The translations under genes were made by a program, and so were the position numbers. Positions 37,218-41,814 of a stretch of 41,814 nt of DNA are shown one piece after another. Below the pieces are notes generated by a model, which saw only the letters and a program-made list of their open reading frames with translations, was not told the origin of the DNA and did not search any database. Origin of the DNA: Candidatus Auribacterota bacterium (lineage in GTDB: Bacteria; Auribacterota; JAFGBW01); contig JAFGBW010000257.1 of assembly GCA_016932965.1 (NCBI GenBank), positions 1 to 41,814 of the forward strand, read 5' to 3'. Numbering within the stretch: the first letter of the stretch is position 1; each line of letters starts with the position of its first letter.

Positions 37218-37408
37218 AACTTTAAAATATAATCCGGAGAAAATCAGGTTCAGGCGTAATTGATCTTGACTCCATTAAAAAATTGCTGGTCATTTATCAT
37301 CCTGTTCGATTTTAATATCGAGTTTAGCCCGATTCATTGAAAAATCAGAAAATCGAGCATGGAGACAAATAAGAAGACAACATTTTGACTCATTTCGTCC
37401 AATAAAGA

Positions 37409-38596
37409 CTAGGAAAGCGATATTTCCGTCACTTCAACCAAAGGAGGAATATCCTTTTCAGGGAACTGCAGGCTGATGTTGCCTTTGACTTTGACTCTTT
37501 TATTTTCAAACGCACGAAGATCCACTTTTTTACAGAAAACAATGCAAACCGTTTTTCTGTTAAAGGTGTGACCGCGTATCAATTCATGGGTTCCTTCCGC
37601 GTAGACGGAATTTTTTACGGCCTTTAATTTCCCTTCCTGTTCGAAAATATGGGTATTTTTCCAATCACCGATTTTCTCTTCCCTGTATTTTTCCAATTCT
37701 TCCATACTCTGAAGGGATTGTTTCGCCTCAGGAGTATTGGGATAGAGCGAGGAAATTTTTCTATAACGCAGCATCAATTCCTCATAACGGGTCGGGGAGA
37801 ACCCGTCAGGCTCCATGATTTTTTTCTTCATCAGTTCCGCTTCATCAAAAAGCAGAACCAGACGGCGCTTTTCTTTCAGAGTCAATTTTTTTTGGTGCGC
37901 TATAGCCTGTTTCTCCTTGATATCGATCAAGCGTTCCATAGATTTGACGGCTTCCGGGGTGCCGGGGAAATCATCAATGATCTTTTGATAGGCCTCGATC
38001 ACCCTTTCATGGTCCACATCCATATATCTTTTGACCAGTTCCTCCTTCCGGATCATCTCAGCCTGTATAAAGGCTTTTTTGGCCTCCTTCTCCCTGATCA
38101 GATAATCCTGGTATTCGTTTTCCGTACTGAGGAAAAATACCAGATTTTTTGCTACCCAAAATCCGAAGTTCCTCGGCATTTCAATTTGAAGCCATTCTCC
38201 TCCCTGTTGATTCGAAAGAACCATGACCGGATCACTCTCGGTCATTCTTCCGAGAATGGAATGTCCCAAAGAAGGGCCTACCCGGATATTGACATTGCTT
38301 TTTGAAATGATACCGTTTTCCACCATGTCTTTGTGAACCCATGCCGTGGCCCCTTCCTTAGGACGGATTTTCACCCACTCATCCGTTTGACCGATCACCA
38401 GAACATCCTGGCCTTTATCAAGCTGGTACATCACTTCAGAACTTGTGGACGGACGTGCCCGCACATTGATATTTTTTTCCTTTACACGGACATAATAATT
38501 GGCAAAAGGGATATCTTCCTCACTGCTCCAGGAACTCCCCCCTGCCAGCAACATCAGAATCAGACAAAATAATGAAAAAAAACAGTTCTTTTTCAT
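37409..38596 (-). CDS. Exported protein with two SH3b domains, helical repeats and a C-terminal beta domain
   Basis: Signal peptide; INVRARPS..EWVKI..AWVH and VNIRVGPS..EWLQI..FWVA; FPGTPEA / YPNTPEA repeats. Confidence 0.8.
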   Translation of the reverse strand: MKKNCFFSLFCLILMLLAGGSSWSSEEDIPFANYYVRVKEKNINVRARPSTSSEVMYQLDKGQDVLVIGQTDEWVKIRPKEGATAWVHKDMVENGIISKSNVNIRVGPSLGHSILGRMTESDPVMVLSNQQGGEWLQIEMPRNFGFWVAKNLVFFLSTENEYQDYLIREKEAKKAFIQAEMIRKEELVKRYMDVDHERVIEAYQKIIDDFPGTPEAVKSMERLIDIKEKQAIAHQKKLTLKEKRRLVLLFDEAELMKKKIMEPDGFSPTRYEELMLRYRKISSLYPNTPEAKQSLQSMEELEKYREEKIGDWKNTHIFEQEGKLKAVKNSVYAEGTHELIRGHTFNRKTVCIVFCKKVDLRAFENKRVKVKGNISLQFPEKDIPPLVEVTEISLS

Positions 38597-38712
38597 GAAA
38601 AGTCCTCATTTTTGATTTCAATTTTTACTCTAAAAACTGAAGCATATCATGGTCATTTAATTTTTCAATCGAATTTTTATTTCAATCCTGTCTAAATATC
38701 CTTTTTGAGCAA

Positions 38713-39666
38713 CTAAATTTTTAAGGATAAAAGCTTTTCTATGACCGGATCCATTTCAGTATAAGTCATGATCTCTTTCCTAAACTGGGCTGCGCCCGGA
38801 AAATTTCTCAAATAACTGGAAAGATATTTCCGGAATTCCCGGACCCCTCTTTTTTCCCCCTTCCATTCCACGGAGTGCTTGAGATGCGAGACGGCTGTCT
38901 GGATTCGCGTTTCCATGTCCGGTTCCTTTTCCATGAGCCCGGTACAGAGAAAATGCTTTATTTCCCGGAAAATCCACGGATTTTGAAGAGCGCCTCTTCC
39001 GATCATGATCCCGTCGCATCCGGTTTCAAAAAGCTTTTTTGCGTCCATGGGTGTACGGACATCGCCGTTGCCGATGAGCGGAATACTGACGACTTTTTTG
39101 ATTTTTTCCAGCCAGCTCCAGTCCGCGGTACCGGCATGCCCCTGATCCCTTGTTCGACAGTGAACCGTCAGCGCTTGGACGCCTGCATTTTCAATGATCC
39201 GGGCCGCATCCATGATGACCAGATTTTTTTTGTCCCATCCAAGCCTGGTTTTAACTGTGACAGGAAGAGAGGTTCCTTTGACAGCCGCCTTCACTACCGA
39301 TTCGAGCTTTTTCAGGTCTTTTAATAGGCCGGCGCCTGAACCTTTTAGCGCAATATCTTTTGACCAGCATCCGCAGTTGAAATCAATGAAATCCGGCTGC
39401 ATTTGTTCGGCAATGGAGGAGGCCTTTTCAACGGATGACTCCTGATTTCCAAATATCTGAATCCCAACAGGCCTTTCTGCTTCGAGAACTTGGATTTTTT
39501 TGAAGGTTTTTTCAGAGTTCCTGATCAAGGCTTCACTGCATGCAAATTCCGTGTAAACGATGTCTGCCCCAAGCCTTTTGCAGACCAGCCTGAAGCAAAC
39601 GTCCGTCACCTCCTCCATGGGAGCCAGAACCAGGGGATGAACAATGTCAATTTTTCCGATTTTCAT
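38713..39666 (-). CDS. dusB: tRNA-dihydrouridine synthase (DusB-like)
   Basis: LAPME, IQIFG, IDFNCGC, GAGLL, VTVKTRLGWD, VHCRT, GNGDV, IMIGRG. Confidence 0.92.
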   Translation of the reverse strand: MKIGKIDIVHPLVLAPMEEVTDVCFRLVCKRLGADIVYTEFACSEALIRNSEKTFKKIQVLEAERPVGIQIFGNQESSVEKASSIAEQMQPDFIDFNCGCWSKDIALKGSGAGLLKDLKKLESVVKAAVKGTSLPVTVKTRLGWDKKNLVIMDAARIIENAGVQALTVHCRTRDQGHAGTADWSWLEKIKKVVSIPLIGNGDVRTPMDAKKLFETGCDGIMIGRGALQNPWIFREIKHFLCTGLMEKEPDMETRIQTAVSHLKHSVEWKGEKRGVREFRKYLSSYLRNFPGAAQFRKEIMTYTEMDPVIEKLLSLKI

Positions 39667-39768
39667 CTAATTTTTAAGAATATCCATCATGTTATCATAA
39701 GCCATCCAATAAAAATAGTTTTTCATTGTATTGTTTTTATGTTAAAAAAAACAAAATAATAAAAATTC

Positions 39769-41049
39769 ATGACTCCGTTCAATCGAAAAACTCTGGTGGT
39801 TATTTTGGGGGGAGGACAGGGAAATCGCCTGTATCCTTTGACAAAAATGCGTTCTAAACCCGCTGTCCCCCTTGCGGGAAGATACCGCTTAATTGACGTG
39901 CCAGTCAGCAATTGCCTTCATTCCGGACTGGAGAGGATTTTTGTGCTGACCCAGTTCAATTCCGCCTCATTGAACCAGCACATTGCCAGAACCTACCATT
40001 TTGACTCTTTTTCAAACGGTTTTGTAGAAATCCTGGCAGCCCATCAGACCGTGGCGTCAAATGAATGGTTTCAGGGAACCGCGGACGCCGTAAGAAAAGT
40101 GTATTCTCATATCGGGCATCAGGAATGGGAACAGATCCTCATCCTTTCAGGCGACCATCTTTATCGAATGGATTATGTGGAATTCCTGCAATACCACCTG
40201 GAGAAAAAAGCCGATATCAGCGTTTGCGCCTGCGCGGTCAATGAAACCGGTGCCGGTGAATTTGGTCTTTTAAAAGTGGATGGAACCGGAAAAATTTACG
40301 AATTTCTGGAAAAACCCAATGCGGAACAAAGAAAACCTTTCAAGGTAGATACATCGCATTTTGGGCTTCCTCATGACGAAGCAAAGAAAAGGCCGTATCT
40401 GGGCTCCATGGGAATCTATATTTTTAACCGGGACATCATGGAAAGGGTATTATTTGAGAATCCTTCCCTTTATGATTTCGGAAAACACGTCATTCCGGCC
40501 TCCCTCAAAAATTTCAATGTTTACACCTTTTTATCCAAAGACTACTGGCAGGACATCGGAACGATCCGCGCTTTTTTTGAAGCGAACCTAAGCCTTTGCC
40601 AACCGCATCCGCCTTTTCAATTGTTCCATCCCTCCAGGCCCATTTATACGAGGCAAAGACATCTTGCCGGCTCTTCCATCATAGACAGCCAGATCAGCAA
40701 CTGCATCATCAATGACGGTTGTCTCATCAAGCAGTCCGTATTGAAAAATTCCATCATAGGATTGAGATCTTATATCAACACAGGCGCCTATGTGGAAGGA
40801 AGCCTGCTGTTGGGAGCTGATTATTACAATGAGGAAGGCACACCTAAAAAGAAAAGGATTGGGATCGGCCCCAACTCTAAAATCGTTAATGCCATCATTG
40901 ATAAAAATGCCCATATTGGATCGAACGTCATTATTGAAAACAAAAAGAAACTCAAAGATTATGATGATCCTGAAGAACGTTTTTATATCCGAGACGGAAT
41001 CGTCGTGATCGTTAAAAATGCCTATATTCCGGATAACATGGTGATATAA
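39769..41049 (+). CDS. glgC: Glucose-1-phosphate adenylyltransferase
   Basis: LGGGQGNRLYPLT..RSKPAVP, TQFNSASL, WFQGTADAV, SGDHLY, EKP, SMGIY, DFGK, YWQDIG. Confidence 0.97.
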   Translation: MTPFNRKTLVVILGGGQGNRLYPLTKMRSKPAVPLAGRYRLIDVPVSNCLHSGLERIFVLTQFNSASLNQHIARTYHFDSFSNGFVEILAAHQTVASNEWFQGTADAVRKVYSHIGHQEWEQILILSGDHLYRMDYVEFLQYHLEKKADISVCACAVNETGAGEFGLLKVDGTGKIYEFLEKPNAEQRKPFKVDTSHFGLPHDEAKKRPYLGSMGIYIFNRDIMERVLFENPSLYDFGKHVIPASLKNFNVYTFLSKDYWQDIGTIRAFFEANLSLCQPHPPFQLFHPSRPIYTRQRHLAGSSIIDSQISNCIINDGCLIKQSVLKNSIIGLRSYINTGAYVEGSLLLGADYYNEEGTPKKKRIGIGPNSKIVNAIIDKNAHIGSNVIIENKKKLKDYDDPEERFYIRDGIVVIVKNAYIPDNMVI

Positions 41050-41053
41050 AATG

Positions 41054-41081
41054 TTATGAGTGTTGAGTTATGAGTTGGACG
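41054..41081. repeat. Short heptamer tandem repeat
   Basis: TTATGAG TGTTGAG TTATGAG TTGGACG directly after the glgC stop. Confidence 0.55.
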
Positions 41082-41143
41082 GTTGAAGGTAAGAACCATT
41101 GCCTGATATCTGATTGTGAATGACGAACATAAGGAGAAACAGA

Positions 41144-41770
41144 ATGAAAATGCGGCAATTCATAGGAATAGTTATTATGGGGGGCTTGTTACTTGTTTCC
41201 CAGCGTGACGGTATAGCAGCCAATATCCTTAGTGAAATGTACAAACAGCTGGGTCTGTCTGAGAACATCACGTATACAGCGGACATGGTGATCGAATCCG
41301 CCGCCAATCAAGCGGCCATGCCGGAAGCCAGTAAAGTATTCTTCAAAAACGGAAATATCAGGACTGAAGGAAAACAAGGAACCATGAAATTCATCTCCAT
41401 CATCAGAACAGACGGGACCGTCTACTCTTTGATGGAATCTTCCAACACCTGGATGAAAAGCGATCTCGGAGAGGCCATGAAAAACCAGCCGCTTCCGCAA
41501 TACAAACAGGCGGGGAGTGAAACAATCGACGGGAAATCCTGTCTGAAATACGAAATGACTGACTCTGAAACCAACATGAGCGGAGTGGTCTGGGTGAGTG
41601 ATGGGATGATCATTAAGAATCAGCTGACCATTTTTAACCAGGTCACCACGGTTTATTATAAAAACATCAGCAAAGAACCCCTGGACGACGCCTTGTTCAT
41701 GCCGCCGGCTTCCGATAAAATCCAGGACATGGCCACCCTCATGGAGGGAACCGCTCAATCAGGCGAATAA
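41144..41770 (+). CDS. Exported hypothetical protein (DUF4412 / LolA-like fold)
   Basis: AAGGAG RBS, signal peptide ending GIAA, YTADMVIE, GSETIDGKSCLKYE, LDDALFMPP. Confidence 0.65.
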   Translation: MKMRQFIGIVIMGGLLLVSQRDGIAANILSEMYKQLGLSENITYTADMVIESAANQAAMPEASKVFFKNGNIRTEGKQGTMKFISIIRTDGTVYSLMESSNTWMKSDLGEAMKNQPLPQYKQAGSETIDGKSCLKYEMTDSETNMSGVVWVSDGMIIKNQLTIFNQVTTVYYKNISKEPLDDALFMPPASDKIQDMATLMEGTAQSGE

Positions 41771-41814
41771 CCTGTTTATTCCCCCAGGATTTTTCTCATT
41801 TTCAGAAGAAGCAC

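Noticed and set aside
1-41814. CRISPR array, rRNA, transposase, phage or defence genes; the many antisense and alternate-frame ORFs in the track
   Set aside because: No regularly spaced repeat-spacer units or such protein motifs were seen; the remaining ORFs lie within well-supported genes and lack motifs.

Overview
Bacterial chromosomal segment, mostly housekeeping genes: ribH (3' end)-nusB, archaeal-type cmk, rnhC, rph, ilvE, gatCAB-accD, rubrerythrin, cobU/cobT/cobS, flgM, hldD, pyrK-pyrF, tRNA-Arg(CCG), htpG, mtnP, dusB and glgC. HldD, rubrerythrin, RNase HIII and a chlamydial-like SH3b protein suggest an LPS-producing, probably anaerobic, PVC-related bacterium (inference only). The most unusual content is two normally cytoplasmic enzyme folds carrying apparent Sec signal peptides: a two-cysteine glutamate-racemase-fold protein and a CheR-type methyltransferase fused to TPR-like repeats. 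Other notable items: (1) a five-gene soluble signalling operon with a His-retaining, ATPase-dead pseudo-kinase; (2) a lipid-linked glycosylation module with a formyltransferase; (3) an unannotated 33-aa Cys-rich ORF upstream of cobU; (4) a decayed ferric-reductase gene; (5) a family of intergenic hairpin elements with 9-nt and 7-nt periodic arms, one nested between IS200/IS605-like ends. No CRISPR array, rRNA, integrase or transposase gene was seen. All calls come from reading motifs by eye; no searches were run.
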